Below are positions 27,954 to 42,622 of a stretch of DNA of 64,000 nucleotides, in pieces (positions within the stretch are counted from its first letter, which is position 1; each line of letters begins with the position of its first letter). Where the stretch lies: the NCBI GenBank assembly GCA_021613535.1, contig CP075496.1:13702001-13766000 (forward strand), written 5' to 3'. Source of the stretch: Adineta vaga. Taxonomy: Eukaryota; Animalia; Rotifera. Under the pieces are notes generated by a model. That model saw only the letters and a program-made list of their open reading frames with translations, ran no database searches and was not told the origin of the DNA. The position numbers and the translations under genes are program-made.

Positions 27954-30900
27954 TCAATAATAACCTAAAATGACAGGATGAGAGAGGAAAATTAGGAAAT
28001 CATTTTCTTTTTGAAAATCTTACGATAAATGGAAGAAAATGTCAGTGGACTACTTGTTCGTGATCGAGAAACAGGACTAATCGATCGATTTCGACCAGAA
28101 TAACCACGGCGAATTGGACTTGCTGCTCGTGAACGACTCTGTTTCATTGAAGAAAAACGTTTTTTTTTTTTCTTTCTTTTTTTGAACTTATGTTATATAT
28201 ATACATACCAATGAAGCACCTCGTTTTGTACATGCTTCACCCTAAAAATTCATGTTTCATAAGATTTTCTCATTCTATCAATCATCAAAATAGATACCTT
28301 TACAATAACTCGTGCACCTTGCATCAAGGCTGGCCAGATATGATGATCAACAAGTGGTGCCGAATATTCCGAATCATAACTTCGTCGATATCTGAATTGA
28401 AATATGTTTTTTATTTTATTTATTATTAAACATGACTTTAATCAAATATGAACTAACTTTGTTTCATCGAATACTTCTGAAGTACTTGCAAATGCAATAT
28501 CAAGTGGATATGCAAGACAAGACATATGCCAAGCAATACGACATGCCTCTCGAATATATGTATTAATCAAAGAATAAGTGACACCAAGTGGTAAACTTAT
28601 TCGAGGATTACGATGTAAATTATCAATTACGTCCTAAAAAAGAAGAATTAGAATTACTATATTTGAGAATAGAAGTAACAAAAGATTTACCGAGACAATA
28701 CTGGCTAATTCGAAATAATCCAAATTTCGATTAATATAATCTTGAACAGTGTCTTCGAGTGAGTCTCCAGCAGAAAGTGTAATAGCTAATTGCGAACGAA
28801 GACGCAATTTCCAATCAGAAAAACGACGTTTTGAAACAGAAAATGCTTCCTAAAGAAGAAATTCAAAGAACAAAATTAATTATAGAAAAGAAGAAAACTA
28901 TTTGTCTTACTTGAATTATATTAAAACAAATACGTTCATTCATATCATAATCATCCGATACTGTTCGAAGTGTATCTAATGCATTCAAACGATCTCGTGA
29001 ATACAATTCATTAAAACGTTGAATCAAAGTATTTTCACGAACTGTTTCCAAAGCATCACTCTTTGTTAATGAAACCAATGAACGAACAGGTGATAATGCA
29101 CGTACCGGAGTAAATGCACGTACTGGTGATAAAGAACGTCGACGTACATAGGTACTAGATTCGAAAGATTTCTGTCAACATTTTTCTATCGAGAGTAGAA
29201 AAAATGATTTATTTACCTCAATACTGGTGAAGCTGAACGAGCGCGTGAACGTCGTTGAGCAAATTCAATATCATCACGTAAACGACGAATTTCTCGTTCA
29301 TAATCATTGATGTATGTTGATCGTGGTTTACAACGTTCAAGTGAAAGTCGAAATTCAGCATCACTTAAACTATTGATAAAAACATTTATTTCTTCAATTT
29401 CTGTTTTGATGAGAAGAAAAAACACCAAATCTCCTCTTACCGTAATCGTAAATTGGATAATTCAGCATCAGTATAGATTTTTTCATCCGTTGATTTTACT
29501 CGTTCATCAATAAGTTCAGCCCGTGTTTGTTCAAGTCTAAACAGGGAAATAGATCTCCTCGATACAAAATGAAAGAACTATCAATCGGTTTTGTATACTC
29601 GGCTTCGAGCCGGGCATTATCAACATTGGCATCACAAAGATCGAGCTCGAGATCTTGTAAATTTCTATCATATTCATCGCCTAATGCTTGAAATTCAGCA
29701 TCTGTGCGAAGATGTGCGTATGGGTAACGCCACCAAGCCAATGGATATAAATCCGAACCGGTATTACTTAATAAAGCATTGAAATATGATGCTTCAAGAT
29801 TGACAAATGGTAATAGACGTGCTCTGATTGTCGATGCACCACCATAAACACCACCTATTTGATGATGAAGAATCGTTCAATCAATATGTTAAGATGAGGA
29901 AAAAAAGGTTGTTGTTATCCCCGCCGAGAGAAGCTGATATCACCTGGTGCTTGTAAGTCAGAGCAAATCAAACAATGCACAAAGTGTATCAGCCGTTTCG
30001 TGCAAGATGTCTATATGTGTGTATGTATGTGACGCAGTAAATGTAAGTTATTTGTGTGCGTGTGTCGGAGTTAGAATAAGAAGATAGAATGGAATGAACG
30101 TTTCCATCTTACTCAATTGTCGCACTCGGAGAAACCGCGCGAGTGAGCGAATGAACGAGAGAAAGAGCGAGCACATAATAGTAAAAAAGAAAGAGGGAGA
30201 GAGAGAGAGAAAAAAAGTCCGACACCCGAAAGAGAGCATTTCCATTTGACGACGATGCGAAAAAAAGAGACCAGTTTCTTTCTCTCTCGCACGCACTCTC
30301 TCTCTCTCCCTCTCTCAGCCCCCTTTCTTGCACATCATGCATGATGGGTGAACAATTGTGATGAGATTTTTTCTTACTATAGCTCGATCGAGCTTTTACG
30401 AGTTTCAATTATAGAGGGAAAAGTAGCGGCAAGACAAGAAGAAGAAGAAGAAGAAGAAGATGACGAGGAAATGATAAGTTGGAAAAGAGGTTAAGAGAGG
30501 GTAAGACAGAGGAAAAGAAAAGATGCTCTCAAGTTTAAGAAAATTGGTCACCATATAGAAAGAGAAAAAAACTGCTTACAAGAACGACAAATCGATGGCG
30601 ATGTTCAGGAAAATTTCTTTTGCTACAAGCTATTTGAATAGAAGGCTTTTTTATTACCAGTTGTCTATTTGAAGACGAACTTTAATTACAGAATACAGTA
30701 AACATACATGTTATTATCATTTTTTTTCTATCTAATCCAAACCTTCTCAATAATTATTTCTACCTTACTTTGTCATTCGCTGATAAGAGAAAGAATAGAG
30801 AGAAAAAGGAGTTCAAAACGGGCGTCTGCTTGAGCGCGCTCGTCAGAATTGTGTTATATGAGTGTCAAAAAAGAAAAAAAAAGAAAGGGAATAAGAATAA

Positions 30901-33253
30901 GACTCTTGCACCCTCCATTACAACTACGACAGCTATTACTTCTATTCATTTTTTTTGTCCTTTTCTCTTCTTCAACGTCGATGACGGCTGCAACTTCTTT
31001 GTGTCACAAGCATTCCGTGTTTCTGAAAATGATGATGATGATGATAATGATGATAAAAAAATGCACAGGATAGAAGAATGAAAGAGGGAGAGAAATCGCT
31101 CGAGTTCTCGTTCCTTTATTCGTTCGTTCGTTCGTTCGCTCGAGTTTTTGGTGATGAGACGGATGTCGATAGTAAATGGAAAAAAAGAATTACACAGACA
31201 CACGCACACATTCATCTAACTACTAGAATGAAACTAGTTGTTGTGTAGTAGTAAACTCGTCGTTATTTCTTCTTCCCTCATTCTTTTTCTTTTTTTTTCT
31301 TCTTTTTTTTCTCCTGATAAAAATCTGTTGTTTGTATTTTAGACGGCATCGACAGACCGAAAGGAAAAGAATGTAACTTCACTCATTTTCTTTATACTTT
31401 GTATACGGCGACGCCTAGCGCCTAGTCCCGAAGCAGGAAATGTGTACGGGAACGACAATAAAAAGGAGGGAAGCACTGTGTATGGGAGAGAGAGAGAGAG
31501 AAAGACGAAGATGAAGAAGAAGAATGAAGGCGAGTGGGTGTTCCTGTTCTAGTAACGAATGAAAAGAATAGGCTACGGGCAGATTGAACTCGGGCATGCA
31601 TCGAACAAAATTGTCGCCTCTGCTTAATTATGGATGATGGAAAATGGAAAGAGATGGAAAAAAAAAAGAAAAAAGAAAAAATCGTCTGCTGTACTAATCC
31701 CTAATGCTTGAATGAGATGATAATCAGAAAGATGTCTATTCATAAACAATGATCACAAAATCGACAACTAGACAGATAGAAATATTGACAGATAAACGAA
31801 GATGTACGTGTGCAACTCACTATAGACTTTCGAATCAAATGATGTCCAATAGTGCCACACGCTACAATTCATTTTCAATCGCGTGCTACAAGCATTATTA
31901 TCCATCTTTTCCCTTCTCTCTGTCTCTGTCTCTGTCTCTTCTTCTTTAAATGCCTTCAAGCGATTTTAGCTTAGGTCTATTTCGTTGGCTTGTTTTCATA
32001 AAAGTCTGAAAGCTCATTAGTCTAATTGTCTATTATCGTCCGCATGACGTTGAAAAGCAATTCGAGTACCATCCGTTGTTTTATACATGGGGATGTACAT
32101 TGTCGAAGAGTAAGATCTATTTTGTTCGGTTAGTTCGACGAAGAAGAAAAAAAGAAGGAAGAAGGCGGAGAACTTGTCTCATCTGCACACATGCTAGTTG
32201 ATTGCATGACTTCCGGCCTGTCCGTCAAGATAATGACGATGCAAGAAGCCAAGTGAATTCACGAAGAATTGATAGAGACTAGGACATGCTCAAAAGAATA
32301 TGAATAGTTGATGAAAAAGAAAATGAGAAAGGCAAAATTCAACTTTAGTAAAACATTTGGAATATGAGATGATGCATTTTGTTCATTTAAGAAAGCTAAT
32401 TAAATAAATTGTGAAGGAGAAGAAAAGATTTCAATCAATTTCTTTTCTTTTTCAAAGTACACTTATCAATTATTCTCAAAGTTCAGACAATGAATTTTTC
32501 TTCTAATTTCTAACATATTACATCGCATAAACTAACAAGAGCAACGATAAAACAAAAGCAAAAGAAGAGAGAAGAAATTGGAATCTTTCAAGCGTAATAT
32601 ATGACAACATCGACCTTGAATACCGTCGTATTATTCTGTTGTTGTTATTAAAAAAAATAGGGATGAAGAAAAAAAGAAAACTCTAATTTGAATTCTTTTT
32701 TCTTTTTCGACATCTTGTAGGACTTCATACATACACACATATAGAAGGTTTCATTCGATTTTATATTATATATTCCACATCAATCGAGATATTGTTTTGT
32801 GTACAGAATGATGATAGGATGTTTTTTTCAAGGGTTATTTAAAAATTTCTTTTTTGTTTTTTTATATGGATGCAAAAACATGAAATTGTGTATGCAGAAA
32901 AAAATTGAATATTAATTTCTTTTTCTTTACCTTCAGCTGAAACCAGATTGAGAAGTTTGAATAATTCTCGTTGAACACGTGCATTCAATTCAATTATATC
33001 AATACATCGAGAAACATTTGTATCACATGAATTCGTCTAAAAAATAATAAATTCATTGTATTTCCTTAGTATTTTCTATACGAATAAAAGTGTGTTTAGA
33101 ATTATTCTTGATGTTTTTTAATTGACTATTATGCTCTCTGTTATTGTTTAAAATACTTACTAAGTAGGTATCGTTGAGACGAGAAAGTTTATCTTGTAGT
33201 AAATTGAACGTTCCCATGTTATTCAAATGACGAAGAAAGATTTTAGTCGACAT
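27954..33253 (-). CDS. SPATA18: Mitochondria-eating protein MIEAP, multi-exon with a ~3.07-kb intron (~29857-32930)
   Basis: [58 protein letters not shown]-terminus; [14 protein letters not shown]; [10 protein letters not shown]; [26 protein letters not shown]-domain. Confidence 0.9.
30100..31960. repeat. GA/CT-rich and GAA/TTCG microsatellite-rich region inside the long SPATA18 intron
   Basis: (GA)n, (CT)n, (GAA)n and (TTCG)n tracts with locally raised GC. Confidence 0.6.
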
Positions 33254-34758
33254 AATTGATTTTTGATGTGATAGAAATGATGCTTCTGTTCTTGAAACGA
33301 ATATACCGGTTAATGAGCGCGATGTTGATGAAGAACACAAAGGAAGAGAAGAGAGATCGAAAAAGAGAAAGAAACTATGAGAAGAATTTCGTTTCACACA
33401 AACCAACCAGTAAAGAGAATATTTCAACCACCGGCGACCACATTAAATAGAGTACCCCGAAGAGAGAGAGAGAGAGAAGAGAGACGTAAAAGAAGAATTT
33501 TTTTCATTTTTGCCACAAAAGAAATCACATAGATTCGAATCGAAGTATTGCTGGTGTCGCACATCGAACATCAGTCAATAACAACAACATCGAAATCGAT
33601 CAATAAAAAGAAACTTAGAAAAGCAGAGAGTATTCTTGTTGTGGCTTTGACGAATTAGTTTAAAATGCGGTAAAGAAGAAGAAGAAGAAGAAAAATGAGA
33701 ATGCATAAGAATTTCTGGAAAAGAAAGGAGAAGAATTTTGAAAAGAATTATTTTGTCATTCTTTTCTTATTTCTACTTTTATAGACACAATGAAGATGAA
33801 GTTTTTTTTACTGATTTTCAATAGAAAGTCTCCGTTGTAGGAAACAACATATAGAAGCTCACTCGATTTTACTTAGAATGAAGATGTGATAATATTGATC
33901 GTGTGCATGATTTCAATTTTTTTCCTGTCATCGACATCTTTTCAAGGATCTATTGGTTTTGCCGTCTGAATGCAATGCCAATGGCGTGGTAAACCATTTC
34001 TTTTTTTAAAATAACGACGTACGGACGTCAAAGTATGCATCAAGGTTAGCTGAAAACAAATGAATGCGAGAAAAAAAGAAAACGATCATATAATTATCAC
34101 TACAATGAATAAATTTTAATCATATTAGTTTAATTTCTATGCTAATTAAAAAAAAAGAAATCATTTCTTTTACATAAAAATCTTACACTTGAAATCAATT
34201 ATGTGTAGAAGAACTATACTTATAGTTATCATTTCAAAAGAAAATATTTTATAACATAAATTGTTTTTCACTTGTTGTTGATCATTAGTTTTGACTTCTT
34301 AGTTTTACTTAAGCAAACAAGTCAAAGAAAAATTTGACTATATATTTAAATAAACATCGAATTTCTACATTGAGAATTACTTTAACAATTGATACCATCC
34401 GTATTCTTGTATGCATTTGAAAAGCCTGAAGATGAAAATAATCTCTCTTCCTAATCGAACAATACAAATTCATAGAAGACAAGCTATCGGGCAAGATTCA
34501 ATTGTATTATTTGTTCAAATCTTTTTTCAACTATTTCAAAGTATTCTTCTTTTCAATCTTATTTTAGATGAAACAAAAGAAAAACAGACACGTGTTAGAT
34601 ATCAATAACAAACTGATCGATTCCACTTTCTTTTTAGATTGTTATCGAGAAATTGAAAATAATACTCAACATGTTGAAATTTTATATGTGCAAAACAACG
34701 ATCGTCTTTTTTATTTTTATTTCCTAAATAATCTTCTTTCTCGAAAAACTGATTTGTT

Positions 34759-36227
34759 TCATTCAACAATTGTTCGTGTTCGTTGTCGACGAATTTCATT
34801 GTATTTTGCAATATCAAGACGTAAATTTTGTAAATCACGTTGAATATCATTTAATAAATTTTCTTTTTCTTTTTCAAATTTATCTTTTTCACCAGCAAAA
34901 CGTAATTTTAAATCATGTTTCTTCGATTGTACTGTATCATATGCTTGTTGTTGAAGACGCATTCGTTCTAATTCTCGATCATCATAATCAACTTGTGTAA
35001 CAAATGGATTTTCCGATGCATGTTCAATACGTAAAACATTCTTTACCCATTCATAAACATCATAATCTGCATCCATTAGTTTATTTAGTAAAAAATTACG
35101 AATTAATTGAAGATTTCCTACGACTTTCCGACGAGTGCTTCTCTAGAGAAATTTGTCCATTAGTTTGTTGAAATAAAAACAAAAAACATGAATGTAAAAT
35201 TACCCGAGGATCAATATCACCATATTTCATGTGCATTCGAATTCGAGCAGTAAGCTTAGCAACTAGAAGTAACGAAATTAACGATGAAGGACAAATAGAA
35301 ATAGAAAAGATTTTTCTTTTATTAAACTCGATAGATATTTACATTAGTTTACAAGGTAAATTAATGTTGACAAAATGTATCAGAGAATAGAATTAAATTT
35401 CAAATCGTTTTCATATATTTTCTTCGGATTCATTCAATTTTTGATTAACTCATCGAAAGAAGATGTGATATTAAGAAAATTAAAGAAGCTTTAGAATCTT
35501 TTTCTTTTTTTTTGTTGTATTTAAGTAATTAGACATGTCACATGGAAATTTTCATGGACAAAATACTGCAAATCGCTTTTATAAGACTATTATGTTTATT
35601 GATATAACCTTGATGAAGAAATGTAAAACATAACTTTACGTTTAGTTCACATTTTTTTCTTCTTCGTCATCGTATTTTCTATTATTAAAACACTCGAATA
35701 AGTAATATACAACTTGAGATTTGTTTAGATATTTCAATGAGAAAAGAAAAACTTACTAAGAACTTCATATGATGATTGATCAAGAGGATGACGTTGAACA
35801 GCTTTTACTAAATAATTTGAATAATATTCTTCAATTTCAGCCTATTGAACAAAAAATAAAACATAAGAAAGATAAATAACGAAGAATTCTTTTCACATAC
35901 TCGAGTTGCATATTCAAGTGTAAAAACACGTTTAACATTATCATCCGCACTAAAGAAAACAAATTTTAGAAATAAAATGAATTTTTTCCAAAGAGAAAAA
36001 GCTACAAACGTTTTCAATTCTTCGGAATTTTCAAAACCAGGTCGTAAAATTTTACTAACATCAAAATTTGGATATGGATCAATATCACCTGTTTCCCATC
36101 TTGGTCTTGGTTTATACATATGTGCAGGTAAAACTCGTTTATTCTTTCCAACAATACCAGGTGGAATTGTCGACGCTGTTCGAATCCAACTGGAAACAAA
36201 TCGAACTTTTGATACGATTGTTAACAT
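34759..36227 (-). CDS. MRPS15: Mitochondrial ribosomal protein uS15m, multi-exon
   Basis: Basic presequence; ADDNVKRVFTLEYA, VQRHPLDQSSYEVLIAKLTARIR and LMDADYDVYEWVKNVLRI S15 motifs; C-terminal coiled coil. Confidence 0.88.
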
Positions 36228-36427
36228 CTAGATAAATGAAATACGAATTTTTCTTTTTTTTTTTGTTTTTGATATTTTGCCAACTAAAAAAAACAAACAA
36301 GAAGAATATGTCTTTTGTCTTACTCAATATCAAGCGGAAAAAAAGTAGAGAGAAGATGAAAAAAGAACAAGAACACGTGCACTGATCAATAATGAAAAGT
36401 TCAGTTTCATATTAATATTCTGTTTAT

Positions 36428-37647
36428 TTAATCAACTTCAAGATCGATATCAGATTGATGTTGATGTTGTTCGCGTCCGCGCATACTATTGCTTAAATTG
36501 GCTGTCAAGGAATTCATGAGATTTTCAAATGGATTTGATGATGATGATGGTGATTGTTTTTGTTTTAAACCAAAAAATAATGTACCTATTCGTTCAACAT
36601 ATTGAACTAATGTTGAATCACGTTCAAGCGATTGTTTATAGGCATTGACCAATGATGAAAAGCAACGTGTGGTTTCAGTTGATGGTAAGATATCTAAATT
36701 CGAAGGAGAATTATCAGAGAGAAATGATAGTTGAAATTTTTCATACCTAATCGATGATTTGGTTCACCACTGGCTGCATTATTATGATTTCTCGGAATTT
36801 TAATCAAGGTTTGTCTCAAACATAATAGAAGAAACCAAAGAAAATTTAACATTGGATAAACATGATTGAATGGTCCAGGTGGTGTTTGTCGAATTTTTGG
36901 ATGTTGTTCAACATAAGTAACAAAAACAAGATAAGCTGTATGAAAATTGCGTAATAATAAATATTGTAAAACAGTTTGGGCAATAAATAGATCGATTTCT
37001 GATGGATAACCAAATGTTTGATGTGCTTCAATTAACATCGTTGCAAAAGATTGTCCATCATAGGAACGTAAATAATGATAACGACTATCTTTATAATTCT
37101 TTTCTTGTTCCCAAAGAATTCGTGCAAATGCTTCGTGTAATTTCGGATGACCTGTTTTATGATAATTGACTTTCTTTGTTGGTTCATTTGCTGAAGTAGA
37201 TTCTGTTAATGTTGAAAGTATTGATGATGAAAATGATGAATTAGATTCGGATGGTAAACTTGGTAATTGTTCATCTTGTTGAGGATAAAATGGTATTTGT
37301 GACGACCAACGTAATGTATTGCAAGCAAATTCCGTTCGTTCATCATGGAAAGATTTTAATGATTGAAATAAAATACAAATTTGTTGAATAGTATTATCAG
37401 TTAGTTCAGTAAGTTGAGAACGATTTAATGTTTCAATATAACATTTACATAGATCATAACCACTATTGGATTGATTATGTTCAAGAAAATAACAAGCGGA
37501 TTCGAAAAGAAATTTTAAAATCTGTTCATCATTTGACGATGAACGAAGACGAACATAAATTGTACGACAAATTTGATGTGCTTGATAAAAATCTTTATTC
37601 TGTTTACATTGTTCTAATTTATCAAAGAGACGTGTTGACGAAGACAT
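36428..37647 (-). CDS. GET4: Golgi to ER traffic protein 4, one intron near the 3' end
   Basis: FYQAHQICRTIYVR, GHPKLH, GYPSEIDLFIAQTVLQYL, PMLNFLWFLL and YKQSLERD...YVERIGTLFFG motifs. Confidence 0.92.
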
Positions 37648-38029
37648 GTCAAATAGTGTTGCTCTTCTTCGTTTAATAAATAGATATGAAGATGAAAATG
37701 CACGATAATATATAACTTGTTAACTAGGAAATTATGTTTGGGCGGTTGAGAAACGAATGTTTATGAGTCATCTGATTACTATTTTTTTGTTTTCTTGAAA
37801 ATAAATATGAATAAGAAAAAAAATTGTATTGTCGAGAGAAAATGATCCATCGTAAAGAAATAATTGATTTGAAAAACTTCAAGCGACATCTATATCATCG
37901 GTCAAATGTTAAACAAATCAATAGGTTGAGAACGAACAATCTTTGTTTCACAAGGAACATTGCTTTGTCTCACTAGCAATGACCTTTTTCAAATTTTAAT
38001 GTTCAATTTTAACTTTTAATTTATTAATA

Positions 38030-41000
38030 ATGGGTAAACGAGGCCGTCCACCAAAACGAAAAGTTGTGACAGAAACACCAAAGAAAGTTGAAGAATGTTA
38101 TATGATATTGAGTAGTGATGAAGAAACCAATAAAACAGAGAAATCATTACGTTTACCATCACCAAATCAACGTCGAGGAGCAGGCAATGAACGTGGTAGA
38201 ACAATTTCTCTTACACCACCAGATCGTACCGTATCTGTAAAGAAAACAACACCGGTTACAAAAAAGAAGATTATACTTAATGGAAATCATAAAAAAAATC
38301 AATCATCCGGTGATAGTGATGCAACTGAAGTGTATGTATATGAGATTAATAGAGAAATACGAAGTAATTTTTGTTTTTCCCATAGATATTCTGTTAGTAA
38401 TGATGATGATCACGATGATGAAGATTCGAATAAGAAACCAACAAAAGTTTCACCAACAAAGCGTAAACGAAAACCTGCACCAATTAAAGTCAATCATGAT
38501 TTATCGGAAAATAGTGATGATGATCTCATTTATTCTCGTCGTTCGATTGTATTAAAACCGAAAAGACGTCAACAAACTCCTTCATCATCATCCATATCGA
38601 GTGGAGATAGTCAATCACTCAAACGTGCCCGTCCACCCATTCCAACATTTAAACGTACACAAGGAAAAAAGAACAAGAAAAATATTGATGAAACATCCGA
38701 CGACGATACAGATATTATTACTGATGAAGATTATCAAACTGATGTTGAAAAAATGGATGATGATGCATTAATCAAAAAGACAGAACGTCGAATGTTGAAT
38801 GATGAAGATTTAACTCATATGACAAAGAAAGCTTTAGAAGATGAACGACAACGTGTTCAACGTGTTCAAGAAAAACAATCACAATTTTCACAAATCATTC
38901 TCGATGATGATAATGATGATTCATTATTAGATAATAATAATACAAAAAAACCTAACGGAGAAATTGAAGCAAAACTTGTTTTTGAATATGAAAAAAATAC
39001 AACTGAACCATTGATAGCTGTTCTACCAGAATTAGTAAGTAAAATGAAAGCACATCAAATAGATGGAACATTGTTTCTTTGGGATAACGTTTTTGAATCA
39101 ATTGCACAAATTAAAAAAGATAATACGGGTACTGGTTGTATTTTAGCACATCATATGGGTTTGTAAGTATTCATTTCTACATATTCTTTAATGAATAAAT
39201 ATCTGTTTTTAGAGGAAAAACATTTCAATTAATTTCATTTCTTCATACTGTATTTAAACATAACGACATAACTCAAACACATACTTGTTTAATTCTTTGT
39301 CCAGTTAATGTTATATCAAATTGGTCGGCTGAATTTTCTCATTGGTTATCAGGTCTACGTCCAACAATAAAAGTTTATCAATTTTCATTATTCAAAAGTA
39401 AATCAGCACGTTGGGAATGTTTAGATAAATGGAATAAAAAAGGTGGGGTAATGTTAATGGGTTATGAAATTTATCGTCGTCTATCTAATGATGTGGATTA
39501 TAATTTCTTTTTAACAAATCCTGGACCAGATATTGTCGTTTGTGACGAAGGTCATGTACTTAAAAATGCAAATGCAGGAATTTCTAAAGCTTTAAATAAG
39601 ATTCGAACAAAACGACGAATTATATTAACAGGAACACCATTACAAAATAACTTAAAAGAATATTATTATATGGTACATTTTGTTAAACCACATTTATGTA
39701 AGTTTAATTTAGGAATTGAAAGAAAAATTCAATGAAATTTCATTTAGTGGGTACATATCGTGAATTTAAGAATCAATTTATTGATCCAATTCGTGGTGGA
39801 CAACATAAAGATTCGAATATATATGCCGTACAATTGATGAAACGACGAGCATTTGCATTACATGAACGTTTAAAACATTGTACAAATCGGTAAAAGATGA
39901 TTTTGAATCGAAAATATTCATTTTATCTTGATATTTTAGATGTGATTTTAATGTTTTACGAAGATATTTACCAGAAAAATATGAATATGTGATTAAAATC
40001 TATATGGGAAATTTACAAAAACAACTTTATGATCGTTACTTAAAAATTCAAAATATCGATCCGACTAGTTCGTTATTTTTCCAGTTCAATCTTTGATTTA
40101 AATTGTTTGTTTTTTTGTTTTAGCTGGTTCGTTTAATACAGCAAAATTATTTGCTGATTATCAATATCTAATGAAAATTTGGACAGTAAGTTCATTTTTA
40201 ATTACTAAAACAAAAGAATGAGATTTCATTGAATTCTTTTAGCATCCGTGGTTATTACGACCACATTTTATTGATCGTTGGAAAAAACAACAGAAAAAAG
40301 ATGCAAATGAATTAGATGAAATTGATCCATTCTTTAATGATATTATCGCTGGATTATCCGATGAAGATGAAGAACAACAACAACAACAACGGAAAAAATC
40401 ATCTGGACCAAAGAAACAAATAACAAAAACAGTAATTTTATCTTCATAGTTTTTCATTTTCATCGGTTTGTTTGCTTCTAGAAACCATTAGATTCTCATC
40501 ATCGACGTAAACATAATGATGACGATGGCAATTCCAGTAGTCATTCATCATCGTCATCTACATCGGAATTTTTAGCTTTATTTAATAATACAAATTGGAA
40601 ACAATATGGTACAACATCCAAAACATCACCTACTTCAACAAATTCATCAATAACCGATCCATGTCAACGTGCTATGCATAACGAATGGTGGTTTTCAATG
40701 TTTGATGATACAGCTGAATATGATATAGGTTTAAGTGGAAAATTAACATTTCTAAAGACATTACTTGAAGAATGTGAACAAATTGGTGATAAAGTTTTGT
40801 TATTTAGTCGTTCACTTTTCTCGCTTTCATATTTGGAACAATATCTTAAATATTGGGATTCAATAACAAGTGGAAAAAAGATTCAAGCAGATGATTTCGA
40901 TGCCAAAGTCAAAGCAAATGGTCGATGGAAATTTGGTATTGATTATTTTCGTATTGATGGTATGTTGATATAGATGATTATTTTGATGATCGAATAAACA

Positions 41001-42316
41001 AAACTATGGTTTTAGGCAGTACAGATATAACAACACGAACGAACTATATATCAAAATTTAATGATACAGCAAATATTCGTTCACGACTTTTTATTGTTTC
41101 AACAATGGCAGGTGGAATTGGTATTAATTTAATTGGAAGTAATCGTGTTGTTATTTTTGATTGTAGTTGGAATCCTTGTAAGTTATATTAACAAAAAATA
41201 AAAATATATAAATTAGACGAAATATTTTATTTGTTTGTTTGTTTAGCATCGGATTTACAAGCTTTATTTCGTTCATATCGTTTGGGTCAAAAGAAAACAA
41301 CATATGTCTATCGATTATTAAGTAAAGGTTCTATGGAAGAGAAAATCTATTTTCGACAAGTTAATAAACAAGCTATGGCACAACGGTAAATTTGTTTTCA
41401 TTAAATTGTATTATTTCTATAGTGATTTTCGTTCTCTAGAGTCGTTGATGCTCAACAACTTGCTCGACATTTTACTGAATCAGAATTACGTGAACTTTAT
41501 TCATTTAAAATTGATGAAGATGAACCACAAGAACATATCAATAAACGTTCACCAGATGATATTATTCTAACAAATTGTATTGCTAAACATTCAACACTTG
41601 TGCAAAATATTCTCGAACATGATTCATTACTTGAAAATCATGTTGACGAACAATTAACGCGTGAAGAGAAATATTATGCCTTGAAAGAACTTGAACGTGA
41701 TGAACGTCAAGCTGAATATCAAGCTAATGTGGCGAAAACTTTAGCAAATATATCACAAAATAATAATAATAATTCATCGAAATGTATTCCAACTCCATCA
41801 GAAATCAAATTTAATGATACGAAATTAATCACTCTACCACCAGTGAATACTTACAATCCTTATCAACCTCCACCACCAATGTGTGCTCAGGCACGTGCAG
41901 GACTTTCTACAGCTGAAGAAGCTCGTGGTCTTGAACGTTTAACTGAATTATTATTTCCAAAAGAAGCGCCACCTCTACCCGCTGGTAAAGGAGCAGATTT
42001 ACCACCATTAAAAGAAATAACTGATATGCCTGTATCAAAAGATGAAATTGCAGATATCGATCTTGATGAAGAAGATTTTGATCCACGAACAAAACGTGAA
42101 AAACAAAAAGCTTTTTTACAAGAACAACGTGCGTTAGTTAAATTATATAATGATAAGAAGAAATTGCTCAATCCACCACGTGTTCCAAAAATTTTAAAAC
42201 GTCCAAAAAAGACATCACAAGTTAGTACATCATTCGTTCCAAATCCATATCAATTCATGCCAGTGACACTTAATCCATTTGATATACCACCAAATATACA
42301 AAAACGTCCAGATTAA
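38030..42316 (+). CDS. ATRX/RAD54L2-like SNF2 ATPase, multi-exon, no ADD domain seen
   Basis: [72 protein letters not shown] and [11 protein letters not shown] motifs. The exact start codon is uncertain. Confidence 0.9.
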
Positions 42317-42622
42317 ATTTCATATTTCTTTGTGTGTGTGTGTGTATTTGTCAGATCATGTAGATAGTTCGATTTCAATATCAAATATGTGAATTTTGTT
42401 CGTTTTTCTTTTTTCTGTTTTTCACCGGTTTTTTAAAAACAAATGTATTCGCTGTGTGTTTCGTTTTGTTTTGTTGTCTTTCTAGGTTTAGAAATGTATT
42501 AGAATTTGTTGTTTTGTTATCGTGAGCCTCTGTTAAAAGGAGATTACTTCACTTGACATTTGTTCTTGATAACAAATATAAATAGCAAACTGAATAAAAC
42601 CTTCTCAGAACACTAGAAAAAG

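Noticed and set aside
30048-31959. ORFs inside the long SPATA18 intron
   Set aside because: Low-complexity translations of GA/CT microsatellites.
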